A stretch of DNA of 64,000 bases, taken from positions 2,108,001 through 2,172,000 of the forward strand of contig CM060732.1 of assembly GCA_030704615.1 (NCBI GenBank), written 5' to 3'. Numbering within the stretch: position 1 is the first letter of the stretch; the number at the start of each line of letters is the position of its first letter. Shown in pieces: positions 1-13,499 of this stretch. Position numbers and translations under genes: made by a program. Below the pieces are notes generated by a model. That model ran no database searches. It was not told the DNA's origin and saw only the letters and a list, made by a program, of their open reading frames with translations. Source of the DNA: Takakia lepidozioides (taxonomy: Eukaryota > Plantae > Bryophyta).

Positions 1-3000
1 ACGCTGGGTCTTCTTCTCTTTCTCCGGCCTGAGGAACATGTGGGTATCCCTAACAGTGGGATCGGAGCTCCATATCTATAGCCACTTCACCTTCTGTTCT
101 GAAGACACAACGGCGGTAGACAACTTGTGTAACTTCTCCTGGTGTGGCAGTCAGCTCTTTCTGGATGTGACTCTCAACCCCCTTTGCTGTCCTTCTCTCC
201 TCAGGGGTAGAGCTGTAGTATTCCAGTTTGCCACGCTCTCCTGCATCTGCAATGTCTTGCTGCAAGGGAATGCACGAGAGTTGCATCAATCCAAGGGCAA
301 CGGAAACAAACAGAAAAAAACATTTGGAAGCAGGAATATCAAAAGGCCAGATGATGGAAGATGTATCTCACCGCGTACATATACTCCATGACAGCCTCAC
401 GGGTCAACGAGTACCACGTTTCTGATGTCTTCGAGCTTTTCAACTTCTTGTACGTCTCTTCTGAAAGGATGGTCTTGAAGTTGGTTAAGGGCATCTGCCC
501 GATCCTTTGTATCATGTATAGTGTATGAACCAGACTCGTTTTGACATGCGATGTCTCCGTCCCTCTGCAGAATGATGTGTGAAAGTCAGAATGAAATTCA
601 AAAACCGTCAACAGAGGACTGGAACAAAAGAACCACAGAACCACAACTGGAACATGTAGAATGAGAAACCAACCTGTTCACATCATTCATTGCCGTAAGA
701 AGACCCATCATGTTCCCGTCACAATCTAACACCATCGGTCGAACAGAGTAATGCCACTCTTCCTCTTGTGAGTGCAGCCTCCCAATGACAGCCATCCATG
801 CAAGCAACAGGTGGTTGCCATCCCATACGTGAAACATCTTCCCTAAAAATGCCTGGGTCGAAGGTACCCTGGAGAGAAGAAGTTCGAAGGATTCGTTCAC
901 CTGTCTCCAAATGGGATCCCAGGAGTCCACGATTGACTCATCCACAAGGAGCTCATTGCCTCTGGAATCCCTAGTAGAAACGTAAAAGACTGCGGATCCA
1001 TCCAAATACCCATGAACAAACTCGGCCTCCAGCTTCACGATGTCCTTGATGAGGGGTGGACGAACGACGGGCATGGAAACCAACCTACACAGGGGAATCT
1101 TCAACCTCCCACCCGGGGCAAGTATACTTTGCACCACAACCTGAGAGTTTACCTTCTGACCCCCCAGCATCTCAGCGGCTTTGCTTTCATAGAACTCATC
1201 GTCCACATCAGCAATGATCTCCTTCCCCTGCCCCGAAGGGTTCTCATCCGCCACCCTTTGCATCTGCTCCTGCAAGGTTGTTCATTCAAATTGATATGAG
1301 AGATAGGCAAGAAATGATGGTGTTTTGAGCATGGCAGACAGGCCCTGTGTGGTCCAATCTCTCATCAGAAAACAAGCAGTGTGGGGGCCGAAAACAGTGT
1401 GCGTTGCCGCACACTGTTTCAGCTTCCAAATAGGGGTATTTTGAACATGACATTTGGCCCTATGTGGCACATTACCACATAAAAAAACAGGCAGAGAGGG
1501 GGCCAAGAAGCGGGCACAAACAGTGCGCGTTGCCACACACTGTTCGTGCTTCCAACTATGGGTGTATTGAGCATGCATACTGGCCCTGTTGGCCCAATTT
1601 TCACTTCAAAAAACAAGAAGAGAGGGGGCTCAAAATAGTATGCGTTGCCGCACACTGTTTGAGCTTCCAATAAAGGTTGGATTCAACCTGCCAGAGTGGC
1701 CCTAGGTGCGCGAATTTCACATCAAAAAACAAGCAAATAAGGGGCTCAAACAGTGTGCGTTGCCGCACACTGATTGAGCTTCCAATAAGGGGTGATTTGA
1801 ACATGGCATAGTGGCCCTAAGTGGCCAATTTTCAAATAAAAAAATAGGCAGTCAAGGGGGCACAAACAGTGTGCGTTGCCGCACACTGTTTGAGCTTCCA
1901 TTTCGGGGTGGATTCAACCTACCAGAGTGGCCCTAAGGGCCCAAATTTCACATGAAAAAACAAGCAGAGAGGGGGCTCAAAACAGTGTGCGTTGCCGCAC
2001 ACTGTTTGAGCTTCCAATAAGGGTTGGATTCAACCTACCAGAGTGGCCCTAGGTGAACGAATTTCACATCAGAAAACAAGCAAAAAAGGGGGCTCAAACA
2101 GTGTGCGTTGCCGCACACTGATTGAGCTTCCAATTCGGGGTGGATTCAACCTGCCAAAGGGCCCTATGTGGCCTATTTTCACATAAAAAAACAAGCACAA
2201 AAGGGGCACAAACAGTGTGCATTGACGCACACTGTTTGAGCTGCCAGCTAAGTGTGGATTGAACCTCACAGAGATGCTCTATATATGTGGCCGATTTTAC
2301 CATGAAACAAACAATGAGAAGGGGGGCTCAAACAGTGTGCGTTGACGCACACTATTTGAGCTTCGAAATAGGGGTGGATTGAACCAGACAGAGAGGCCCT
2401 GTGTGCACGATTTTCACACCAAAAAACTAGGAAAAAGGGGGGCTCAAACAGTGTGCAATGACGCACACTGTTTGAGCTGCCAAGTAAGTGTTGATTGAAC
2501 CTGACAGAGATGCCATATGTGGCCGGTTTTGACATGAAAAAAACAATGAGAAGGGGGGCTCAAACAGTGTGCGTTGCCGCACACTGTTTGAGCTTCCAAA
2601 TAGGTGTGGATTGAACGAGACAGAGAGGCCCTATGTGCACGATTTTCACACCAAAAAACTAGGAAAAAGGGGGGCTCAAACAGTGTACGTTGACGCACAC
2701 TGTTTGAATTGCCAGGTAAGTGTTGATTGAACCTGACAAAGATGCCCTATGTGGCCGATTTTGACATGAAAAAAACAATGAGAAGGGGGGCTCAAACAGT
2801 GTGCGTTGCCTCACACTGTTTGAGCTTCCAAATAGGTGTGGATTGAACGAGACAGAGAGGCCCTGTGTGCACGATTTTTACACCAAAAAACTAGGCAAAA
2901 GGGGCGCTCAAACAGTGTGCGTTGCCGCACACTGTTTGAGCTTCCAAAAAGTGGTGGATTGAACTAGACAGACAGGCCCGTTTGTGGCCGATTTTCGTAT

Positions 3001-3626
3001 CAAAAAACAAGCACAAAGTTGGGGCTCAAGCAGTGTGCGTTGCCGCACACTGCTTGAGCTTCTAAATACGGGTGGATTGAACTAGACAGAGATGCCGTAT
3101 GTAGGCAATTTTCATATCAAAAGACAAGCACAAATGGGGTCTCAAATTGTGTGCGTTGCCGCACACTGTTTGAGATTCCAGTCAGTGGTGGATTGAACGA
3201 GACAGATAGACCCAAATTGGTCGATTTTCAGATAAAAAATGAAGCACAAAGACTGGGTCTCAAACAGTGTGCGTTGCCGCACTCTGTTTGAGCTTCCAAA
3301 TAGGTGTGGACATCACTTGTACCTTTTTTTTTCCTGCTCTAGAAGACTCCCCAATCGTCGGAGACCCTTTGCGCTTCGGACTGCTCTCTACGCCTAGCAT
3401 GTTCTGGAGCATCTCCCCCATCCTCTTTTCCACTATCTGCTTCTTCGTGAGGCCAGAATCAATATCATCTTCGGCGTCCGACTCTCCCTCGGATGCAGTC
3501 TCTTCCTCACCTGTTCTCGGAAGTATGGCGGGCTGCTGTTCTTCTCCAGAATCCGGCTCTTCCATCGCCAAACTTTCCTCTTTGCCCTCTTATTCCTCCT
3601 TTTCCTCTTCGTCTACTCTTTCCATC
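1..3626 (-). pseudogene. 5' part of the ParB-like/methyltransferase accessory gene (copy A)
   Basis: Acidic exon (ORF 3260-3571) with donor AAG|GT at 3322 and acceptor TGCAG|GAG at 1270. ParB-like exon 598-1269 (MFHVWDGNHLLLAW). Later exons match 22854-23530, with a small deletion near 140. Confidence 0.7.
1385..3295. repeat. Tandem array of ~17 units of ~116-117 bp, each with the palindrome GCTCAAACAGTGTGCG-NNNN-CGCACACTGTTTGAGC
   Basis: Palindromes read at ~1391, 1521, 1633, 1751 ... 3261. Spacers are mutually homologous, with an alternating dimer pattern at ~2300-2900. Confidence 0.95.
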
Positions 3627-4133
3627 CTCATTCTATGTCTGGCTCTATTCCTGTTCCTAGTGTTTGTAAAGTATAACGACTTCCTTCTCTTCCTCCTCCG
3701 GTGGAAACAAGGGCTCCCCACGCTGCCTCTAGAGCTCTCCAGTTTGATGTTTGCAACAAGGGTTGCTTTGGCATGTATCCAAAATAAAAATTGGACATTG
3801 TTAACCGTATTTGCATGCGGGTGTCATCATTGTGTGCGAATGCAATTCATCCATTTCTGCGTCTTTGAATTATCCAAGAAAAAAAGTGGTGGCACTTCAA
3901 ATGCCGTTGCATGTACTTGTGATATATGTCAGATGTACTTCGCCGGCTGCCAATACATGGCAGCCTTCTTGCATTCTTTCAAATTCGGAATTGCCGTCAA
4001 AATCTATTGCTAGTTCAATTTCGAGCAGTACTTGCAGATTCGCAATAATTGTGATGATTCACATATGCATCCACGTATGTTGTGCTGCCTACCCTGCGGT
4101 TTGCATTTCGCCGTCACCGTCGCAATGGGGTCA

Positions 4134-4417
4134 CAGTGCTGTCTATTGGCTCAATTCTTCATGGCAAAGAATATCAGGTTATCGTGGGGAATTTCCCTAC
4201 GTGCACTTGTCCGGATTTTGTAACAATGCGTGAGGGCGCTCTCGGCATGAGAGGGAAGTGGGTCCCCTGCAAGCATCAATATTACATATACCTTGTAATT
4301 ATGTGCTGCGACGGTAAGAGAGACCAATTCATTCACCAAGCCACACTAGGCTACGGAGAAGTCATCACCCTTCTGCAGCGGGACACCTCACGTAGGGCTC
4401 CGCCAGATTCTCTTTGA
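4134..4417 (+). pseudogene. C-terminal SWIM zinc-finger remnant of the family-1 transposase
   Basis: CTCPDF...WVPCKH motif, nearly identical to rc 14581-14866 and rc 60809-61095. Confidence 0.85.
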
Positions 4418-4948
4418 ACACATACGAGCCATGCCCGCTTCCCATGCTGGTTTCGAGGTTATTGTGTGAAGACTTAGCATTTAGGACAAACGCATACATT
4501 TCGTTCACGGAACCACACATGCCATTCATTGTAAGCGTCTATCTGTGAATCGAAATGAAGTGTGTCAATCATTCTGAGCTCAAATCTGCCATATTTTCAT
4601 ATTCCTCTTTTCGTGCAGGCATTGCAGACATGGTGCATGGTGGCCCTCTTTGTTTTGTCCACGGTAATAGGCCATCTTCCTGCAATCCTCGCCTATAGGA
4701 CCTGCTTCTCCAGCAGATTTGTGCCGCTCACGCTTCCCTGAAGCGTGAGCTAAGCTCACGCTTTGCAGCTACAACGTGAGCTCAGCTCCCAGGCTCACAG
4801 GGCTGGGCTCACGCCGTAGCTACGCCGTGTAAAACTTAACGCAGGGGGAACACCCAGTAACCTAGAGACAAGAAAAAAAAGGTGGGGGGGGGTAAAAAAC
4901 TAAGGCAGTAGGCCAGATTGAGGCATCCAAAAAATACTTCCATGCCCT

Positions 4949-6190
4949 TTGAAAGAAAGTCTACCGCCAGTGGAAGATCGGTTCAATGTTTGGAGAAAGC
5001 ACCAAAATATGGACAATACTTCTCAACAGCTTGAAGCTATTCCGCTTCAAGAGCTTGGCCAAATGTTGAGCAAATTTTTCTTGATGCTATGCAAAGACAA
5101 CGGAGAGAGATATCCTACAGATAGTATCATGAATCTTTACATGAGCTTCAACAGATTACTAATACGAGCTCAACAAGCTCGGGTCAACACTACTGGGGTC
5201 CAAGAACTACCGTTTGATATCCACCATCATCCGTTTTTCCTTGGTGCAAACAAGGCAGTCCAGGTAGCGATGCAACATAGTCACGATGCTGTTGTAAATA
5301 AGGCCCGAAGAAAAGTAGATGCCCTCACTTACGAGGAAGAAAGGAGAATTCTGGATCATATGCTACATCAACCTATTCATCCTCACGGTGTCCACAAAAG
5401 ATTTGTCTATTTCCGTTTCATTGTATTTCTGATCCGTGGGAACATGGAGTTGTATAGGCTCCTTCTTAGTGATTTCACACTGGGAACTGATGATAAAGGC
5501 AAGACTTATCTCAAGTAAGTATGATGCAAATCTTAACTTTCATGAATAAAGACAATATATATTTATCACTGATTGAGGTCTTTTCCACTTCTTATTTGCA
5601 CCCTGACCTGTAGTATGTATTAACTTGGCAGGTACGATGAACGAACGAGCAAGAATTATAAAGTTTCCATGAACAGCTTCTAGGACGAGCACTTTCGACC
5701 TGCTGTTTATTCCTTTGATGCCGATGTTCTGTTGACATGGAGAGCCCTTGCTGATCACATGCCCACAAACTCCAATGGCATTGGCTGCACGTATTACCAA
5801 AGACATCACTAATAAGTCTGGCCATGTAACTTCCATTACCGGAATGATGGCCGCACAAGTGCCAGAGAGTGTGATGACGACAATAACGGGGCACAAAAAT
5901 ACAACTTGACTCTCTCTCGTTACGACAAGAGTACCATCATCAAGCACCGTGCTGCTCAAGCGATGGGCCGTGAACCTTATGATCCACAAACAGGAGAACC
6001 TCGTGACTTTCAATATCATTTTGAGAAGCAACTTCAGTCTTACCACCAAAATCAAATTGCTCGATGTGATCCTACACCTCTATCTGACATCACAAACGTT
6101 CTTGATGATGATACTTTGGAGATTCCGAGGCAATCTGCATCTCAGAGAGCTGGACCTCTTGTAGGATATCCTACTGCACAATCTCCCTGA
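4949..6190 (+). pseudogene. Crypton-like (DUF3504-type) tyrosine recombinase, degenerate, with an intron at ~5515-5630
   Basis: LSKFFLMLCKDNGERYP; FLIRGNMEL (catalytic R); ERTSKN (K); TNKSGHVT (HxxR position decayed); ITGHKN..LSRYD (H and Y). Contains stops and frameshifts. Confidence 0.75.
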
Positions 6191-7468
6191 GCTGTCTTGC
6201 AGAGTGATGGACATCCTGCTGCTAGCTCCCATATCCCTGATGCACGTCCAAATATTGTGTCTCAAACAGGTGCATGTACTGTTGCCGACTCTCAGACTCA
6301 TGCACGTCCTACAAGTGTCCTGAAGACACATGGACATCCTGATGTGGTATATTCAGATACTACTCATATATCGAAGAGGCTATTTGTAGCTCCAACTGTT
6401 CAAGTTCTTCAGAGATTCCGGTTTCCATGAACAAAGACAAACAAATATCTAATCGTCGTGAAGATGGCCAGGAGTCGCTTGACGAGTATTATAGGTGGTG
6501 GAATGATTTTGATTGGCATTATGTCGACTATGACAAGCTGTACAGGACCATGCCTTCTACTTTGCAAGGTCATATCCAAGTAAATTTTGTTGGACACTGC
6601 CTATGATAAGTACAGAAGCTGATAATGATAATGTGGGGTTTATAAATGGAGGTTCATCTTCTTTCCTGCAATTCACTGGAGGAATTACAAACCTCTTCAG
6701 ATGGACGATTCCACAACCCCTACGACCATGGTTGCCGCACGCGACTTTCTGCTTCTTGGTGACGTGATGGATAACTCTCAAATATCGGCTGTTATACAAG
6801 CTCTTGGTACCAACAAGAAATAAATGGTGGCATCAAGTTCTATCACGGATATTGTCACGGATTATTGTGCATCTGGAGCAAATATGAGAAATTTACACAA
6901 GCTAATTGCTGTGTAGTCATGAATTGAATGTCGGATTGTAAATAGGAATGTAAATAGTTGTATGGTTTTGTTACATTCATAGTGATCCATGCACTACAGT
7001 TTATATGTACATTCTTAGGGAAGAATTGTACTCAAGGAACTGCCATATCATTTCTACACATATGTATAAACTGGCATGGAATCTCATTCTTGCCTCTGAT
7101 GTTCATGTACTACACCATTTACAATGTAAATCAGAATGAAGCTTGAACAATCAGTAGATGGAGCGTGTTCAAAGATGACATTTCGTCATCTCATGATGTA
7201 TATTTACTACCTTCAAATCTACAACCCAGTCCGTCACTGTCATTGTCTGCATATCCACTGACTTCATCTATCTGCGACAAATCGTATGTATTAAACCTCT
7301 TCGAAAACCCCTGATCACAATCAGCTATGGAGTCCCTCGACGCTATCACGTCTCGATTCTCGACGTCTCAATCTCACTATGGACTAGGACAAATTAAACG
7401 TTGCCACGTTAGGTTAGGCAGACGTTGTAGTAGAGCTGGCGGTGGTGGGCTACGGCGGGTGACAGGCC

Positions 7469-8313
7469 TGTCCAGGACAAATTAAACTCTGCCACGTAGG
7501 AAAATTGCCTCCAAACCTCGGTTATGTGATTGGATTAAGGGCTGACAGCCTCTCTGAGGGATCCTCCCCATCTAGCCTAGCCTGCTCTAAGTGCTGCAAT
7601 CCCCCGCTTATAACACAAGAGCTGGTAGAGGAAGGAGGAATATCCCATGGGGGTAGAAAAAGCTCGCTTCACAGGTTCGCGGCTGGCTGGCTGCGAAGTG
7701 TTATCCGCCACGTTGCAGAGAATTATTCGAGATAAATATTTTGGAAAATGTAGGATTTCGAGAAGCTATGGCAGATGCAAAAGAACTCGAGGGATCATCT
7801 TGGGAACGACGTGGGGTTAGCGGGTCCCGTGTTATAAAACACTTAGCAGGCAGGCACACAACCTCTAACCACGTGTTAGCAGGGCATGAGTCTGAGAGTT
7901 TACAACTCAGTATTACAGTTACAGTTTCATGTGCTAAGTCAGCGTTTCTTTTAAGGGCGTTCTTCGGTTCAGTCCTTCAACCGCCTCAGTTGGGATTGGG
8001 TGAAAACATAAGCTAAACCATATCAGGAATCCAACCTCTCTCTTGTTGCTGTTGAACTTATTTGGTTTTGAGCACATTGATCACCCAGTTGATTATGTCA
8101 ACCAGGACATTCACGATTACGTTGATCGGTTTCCCAGAGCTGTACATTGTATATTCATCCTGCACGGAGCCTACGTTTACTCACAATCATGCTATTCTTC
8201 TAGCATTGCTAGCGGAAAATTCTGCCTTGTATCAGGACAGGCTATTTTTCTTGCGACTCAAAGGGGAGATTCTCCAAATCTGATCACTTTCTGAAGTCCT
8301 TGAGGCTTCAACA
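7469..8313. mobile_element. Possible solo LTR
   Basis: TGT...ACA ends flanked by GGCC on both sides (7465-7468 and 8314-8317). Non-coding. The left boundary is uncertain because a motif at 7386 is repeated at 7474. Confidence 0.3.
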
Positions 8314-8859
8314 GGCCGGATTGTAGGGATCGGTGGGAGAGTTGACATCAGAGTTCTTCAACTGGTCAAGCTCCCTCAGTCCAGCAGGTGTAACCTGCGC
8401 CACTCGTGAACGCTTCAAATTAGTCTTTAAGTGGGCCTGGCTTGTATCTCTTGACATGCCACAATTGGCTACAAATGCATGTCTCGTGCCACATATGATC
8501 AATAATAGCTCATGATCAATACTTCAACTGAGTGTAATACTACTTAACTGGCGCCGGGTCCCAGCCCTAGCACCACGCACAACATTTATAAACTGGTCAT
8601 ATCGTTTCATGTAAGCACAGCTCATAGGGTGCTGCAGGGCCAGCTGGCCCGTCCAAAAGTCAGAATTCACATATATCTACTGGAAAATTGTGCTAAGTTC
8701 ATCTGGATGACTATTAAACGTTCAGCACTGTAACAACTGCTTTGTCATCAATCAAATTGCCACCCTGGATGAATTTTGACATTGTGCATAGCTGCCGATG
8801 TTCTATGAATTCCGCGCAATTACAGATATGAACCTATGCACAGAGCTCGTACTAGAGAT

Positions 8860-11294
8860 ACGTACCATGTACACATAGGCACTGCCTCGTCCTCCATCCC
8901 CATATCTCTTGAGTCTCTGCTCGGACAACAACCTGTACAGAGGCAGCAACACACATGTCAACCTATATGTACGTACCCACACATATACCATGGATATCAC
9001 TCCTCCATTCACGTGAACTCGAACTACGTCAGGTTTATCTAGCTGATTTCATGCTGTCTGCGGCTGATGTTCTATCATCCAGCCATTAACTGAGCCTGAT
9101 GTGATCTGTAATTATCAACACTTACGTTCAGGGATGGAGAAAAACTCGCACACTGAGTATACATGAGCGAACGGTTCATTCGTACCAGAAGTTTGCCAGA
9201 CCGTACAGTCAAGGTACAGACTTTTGATTAATCCATTTAGAATGTAGATCGAATCTATTTAGATTGTAATGCATCTTACAGTCTGAGGGCCTTGCTGGTG
9301 TCAGGGTTGTTTCCCAAAGCTCCCCGAATAAGCTTCTCAGCAATACAGTTCTGTCCAACATACTGCAATATATTTTTTGCATAGCGATGCACACGGGTCT
9401 CTCTGTTTTGTGTCTTGTTGCCAACCTTTGATCGACTTGAACTCTTCAATGCAGAGTTCACCTTCTCTTTCACAAACTGAACTGGTTGGGCAAGCCTAGC
9501 GGTCATTTTGGGATGCACTTTCCTGGCAGTCCCTGGAGACTCTGCCTCAAAGAGGAAGATCTCAGAGGCAGTCGCAGGCTTTACAGTATAATGGTCATTT
9601 GTGCGGGTGCAAGGAAATGATTCGGAGGGGCTGGAATCACTCGCAAAAGGCCCTCCATCGAGATAGCTACTAGCACCAGCTCGTAACGTGACCAATACTT
9701 TGTCACTAATCAAGTAGCTTTTCTGCATGGTCTGCAACCAGTTTTTTCTTGGTGTTCGCCGTTTCTTAAGGATCTGCATCAAGACCATAATCCAGCATAT
9801 ATGACAACTTGTATTTACTGTCAAGATTGCTTGTGAAACTAGCTGTTATGCAGAAAACTCCTTGTGCTGAAAGGGATTGAACTCGAAACAGAGTTTGCAC
9901 TTTATTGTCACGACAGGACCTTCCATATTTCAGAGTGCAAGAGATACGATCGAACCTGATCACATATGTTGTCCAAATGGATTTCAACCTATACAATTTA
10001 GAAGGTCGCACGGGGGATAGTGGGCACCTTATATGTACTTTTTGATGTCATCGCCAGCATCTTTGCGGGATGCCACTGATGTGTCGATGACTGCACCTCG
10101 CAAGCGACAGCTGCCAGGTGTGAAAGTCGCTCTATCCCAGTTTCTTTGCTATATTCCGGGGTGCTGGTTGAGCTGTCGTTGTATTTGTAGTAGACTCCTG
10201 TCCCGGCAGCGTCGGTAATGCTTGAGTCTACAGTCTTGGATTTTCGACTTTCAGATGGCTCTGAACGCGCTGAATCAGGGTTGAATCCGCACTTGTTGAT
10301 TCCTGCGCGGCATCGACCATGGACCTCATTATGGAAACTTGATGATGCTTGTTTAGCTGCTATACCAAGTTTACGTCTCTGCATGCTGCAATAGGTATAT
10401 ACCCGTTTCGATAAGAATCTTTCATTTTTACACAATCAAGAGACGCGCCAGAGACATAACATGCACTCATTCGACTACCACCCGAAGAACACGTGCACAA
10501 CACGCAAATTATGAATTGACTGTTCAAGCACTGTTACACACACTGAATCCACAGCCCGTGTTTTGGTCAGAGATGCACATTTACTTACCTCACCTTGGCT
10601 CCAGAGACCATCTCTATATTTTTGAGTGATTCCACAGGCTTTCTTTCTCCGGAATTGGGATTTGTCAGTCCCATGGAAGCTTTCTTGAAAACGCGTACAA
10701 TATATAGGATCAAGTGAGGTTCGGGAGTAGATTACAAGGTACCAACCTGACACCTTCGATCTTCCTCCCCACATGCAGGAAGAACATGTACATCACCCTA
10801 GGTATTGCAGCTGTATGATATACACTTTTTGATGGAATGATGTCGTTATCTTGAGGCTCAACGAAAAAAATTAAAATCGTATCTAGAGATCAGATGCCTC
10901 AGAGCTCTAATATATACCTGCAAGATTTGCTGACATCCGATAGACAATGAGGTGCCTCGGCAGGAGGGATGGAGGTGTGGAGAGGTTGCGTGGCTTTTGA
11001 AGATGAAAAGACATCATGTGGAATAACGGGCCGAGTTTTCTGCAGCGGATTCTGGCCCTTATCAACTTCTGGTTGCAGGCCAGCACACTGCTCCACTGAA
11101 TTACTGACAGCGCCTTTGTCCCTTTCGCCAACTGCGATGGTCACACCTGCTACAGGCTGCAAGCAAGTTGAAGCCTCTGAACTCAGTGATTGAGCAAGTG
11201 CATTAAGCGGGTTGGAAGCCGCCTCCAGTGCTTCCAACGATGAAGAATCCATGATTGCAGTTGCCTGGCTGATCTCGTCATTGCACCCTGCCAT
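8860..11294 (-). CDS. Spliced host gene of unknown function with a conserved plant C-terminal HTH-like motif
   Basis: AEKLIRGALGNNPDTSKALR splices (GT at ~9280, AG at ~8933) in frame to LLLSEQRLKRYGDGGRGSAYVY. Upstream exons lie in ORFs 10899-11294 and 9998-10435 (LSHLAAVAC). Exon limits are approximate. Confidence 0.65.
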
Positions 11295-11638
11295 AATTCA
11301 AGTACTTGTACAATTTCCAAGTTTCCTACTCAAGTAATAGTACTCTCTCCCAGCGACATGACTCTTTCTACAGCAAGTGCGCAGCACCGATTTCTAGACG
11401 CCTGATCGTTTCTCTTCACACCGCATCTCCTAGAGCGAGAGACTTGTTTTCACGCTTCTTTCCTGCCCAATTTGAAATGCAAACATGGCGGGGCTCATCC
11501 AGAAAAGGCGCTGCAGTGACGGACAACGGCTCTGCATCCATCCGAAATGTAGACGAACAGATTCAGACCACATGGATGAAGCATCCAGCTCTGGCTAAAC
11601 ATGGCTCTTGAGATTACCTGAAATATGGTAACATTTTA

Positions 11639-11868
11639 TTATTATTATTATTATTATTATTTTCCAAGAGGAACTTGGGAGCGACAGCCCACAACTCAGG
11701 CCCTTGAGAGGGGGAAAGATTAACCCCCTTTCATTTATGGGCCATGGAGACCCTATAGGACGAATAACGCCAAGACATACCGTCACAGATCCCACACACG
11801 GGGCAGGGCAGTGGGTTTGAACCCCGAACCACCAGGGCGACACACTGTGCACTTACCAGCCGACGTGC
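11639..11868 (-). mobile_element. tRNA-derived SINE with a (TAA)n tail
   Basis: 13-bp TSD TGGTAACATTTTA (11626-11638 and 11869-11881). On the minus strand, a box A-like GGCTGGTAAG and a box B GGTTCAAACCC. TAA repeat tail. Confidence 0.8.
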
Positions 11869-13499
11869 TGGTAACATTTTACTCGAGAAAATAATTAGGG
11901 CTTGGCGTTGCTCCGCACTACTAGCGACGAATTCTGAGAACTAAGTTACGTTCAATTGGTACAAAAAGGGGATGGGTCATCCCCACGGCACGGGATGAGT
12001 TGTTAATTTGTCAGGGTTCTATTAAGTCTTATGAAAAGATGGACTATATTGTGTTATGATACATGATGCAATTTTGGATTGTGAATGTTCAAGTCTTATT
12101 AAAAGGTATATTAATGCCACACTAAAGCCATTGGAGGATGGTGGTGCATGTGAAAACATTAAGGCTGCAAGATAGCATGTTTTACATGAAGGTGCAGTGC
12201 ATAGCCCACATTCTTGTGCATTTGTTGGTAAGATCTATTTTGACTCACATTGAGTACATGATTCAGTGATTCACATACCTTGGAACCCGAGCCCTGGCCA
12301 AAAGGTAGTAGCTTCCCGTCAGCTTCAAAGAAGCATATATCCCCAACATATGAAGGGCATTTAGGAGTGAAGGATGGGGGAAGAAGCTCTCTTTAGGGCA
12401 AGACTGAAAGTAGGACGAGAGTGAGATGGAGAACACGGAGATCTAGTGTGAAGGTGGTGTTGGCAGTAAAGTGGAGTGAGATGTTGGTGTTATCCATGGT
12501 ATTCTGGACTGAAAGTGGAAGCATTGTAAATTAGGAGTCTTGCTTTCTTTTCAGTGATGAGTGTTGCTCAAGAATGAAGTGATGTGTAGTCTGGAAACAA
12601 GTGCATGAAGGAGCCCTTTTGTCGAGAACTGCAAGAACTTCATACGTCAAGCATCAAGTGTCATGCAGTTCAACCTGTTGGGGCAGATTGACAGTGCAGC
12701 CATGAGAACTGGGATGTAACGATCAGATCAAGAAGGTGGAACGTGCGGATACACGGATCAGATGAACCATCAAGTGTTGACTTCTTTTGCTTTGGATGAA
12801 ATACAAAAAACAACAAAAAGAGTGATTGTGAAAACGTACAGAGAAGGAAAAGAGAAATAGCTAGGGGACTGGATGTTGTTTTCCTCTTCCGCTGCATCAG
12901 CATCTATTCCTTGAGCACTAGTGAATGGGACATGTGACAGCAAGAAGTACATGGAGCCCCCTCTTTTTTATCTACATTATTTTTTCATGAAGCTATGGAC
13001 TTTTTAGGACTTACACTCTGGGCTGTCACATTCCCAATTTGTCCACAATTGGACTCACTAAATTTTACACATGGACTCCGAATATAGATTACCGTTGAGG
13101 AATAAGAGACATGGATGAATTTGTAGACAACTTCATTCATTTGTTACTGTGCTATGGACTTTTATATACCTCCAACTATACCCAAAATTTTAAAAGTCCA
13201 TGGTGTCCAAAAAATTTCATATTTGGGTAGAACTCTTTAATGACAATATAAAGTTTGACATTATCTGCAAGATCTTATAACTAGATGGACAAATGTCATA
13301 TAGAATTGGGGACCTACAAATTAGCTATTTTTTAAAATTATGGAATAATATTTTTAATAAAAAAAATCTCAAATATTTAGGATGGACCTCTTTACTAAAA
13401 GTGTTAGGCATATCATTATCTATCAATGCAAAAATATATTTGAACAAAAAACACAAATTAATTTTTTGCCCATGGACTTTCATGGAGGTTACATCTGCC

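Larger units (their letters stand above)
1..4827. mobile_element. MULE family-1 copy A, internally deleted, inverted relative to copy B; continues beyond the window's left edge
   Basis: Reverse-complement homology to 14199-23530. Same terminus (rc CGGCGTAGCTACGGCGTGAGCC) ends at ~4827. Transposase core is missing at the junction near 4133. Confidence 0.85.

Noticed and set aside
3267-4013. 248-aa plus-strand ORF
   Set aside because: Largely the antisense of the acidic exon; broken in copy B.
4827-7300. Tyrosine recombinase as part of the MULE system
   Set aside because: It lies outside the shared element terminus and is absent next to copies B and C.
11790-11868. tRNA gene
   Set aside because: Only A/B-box similarity; the tail and TSD indicate a SINE.
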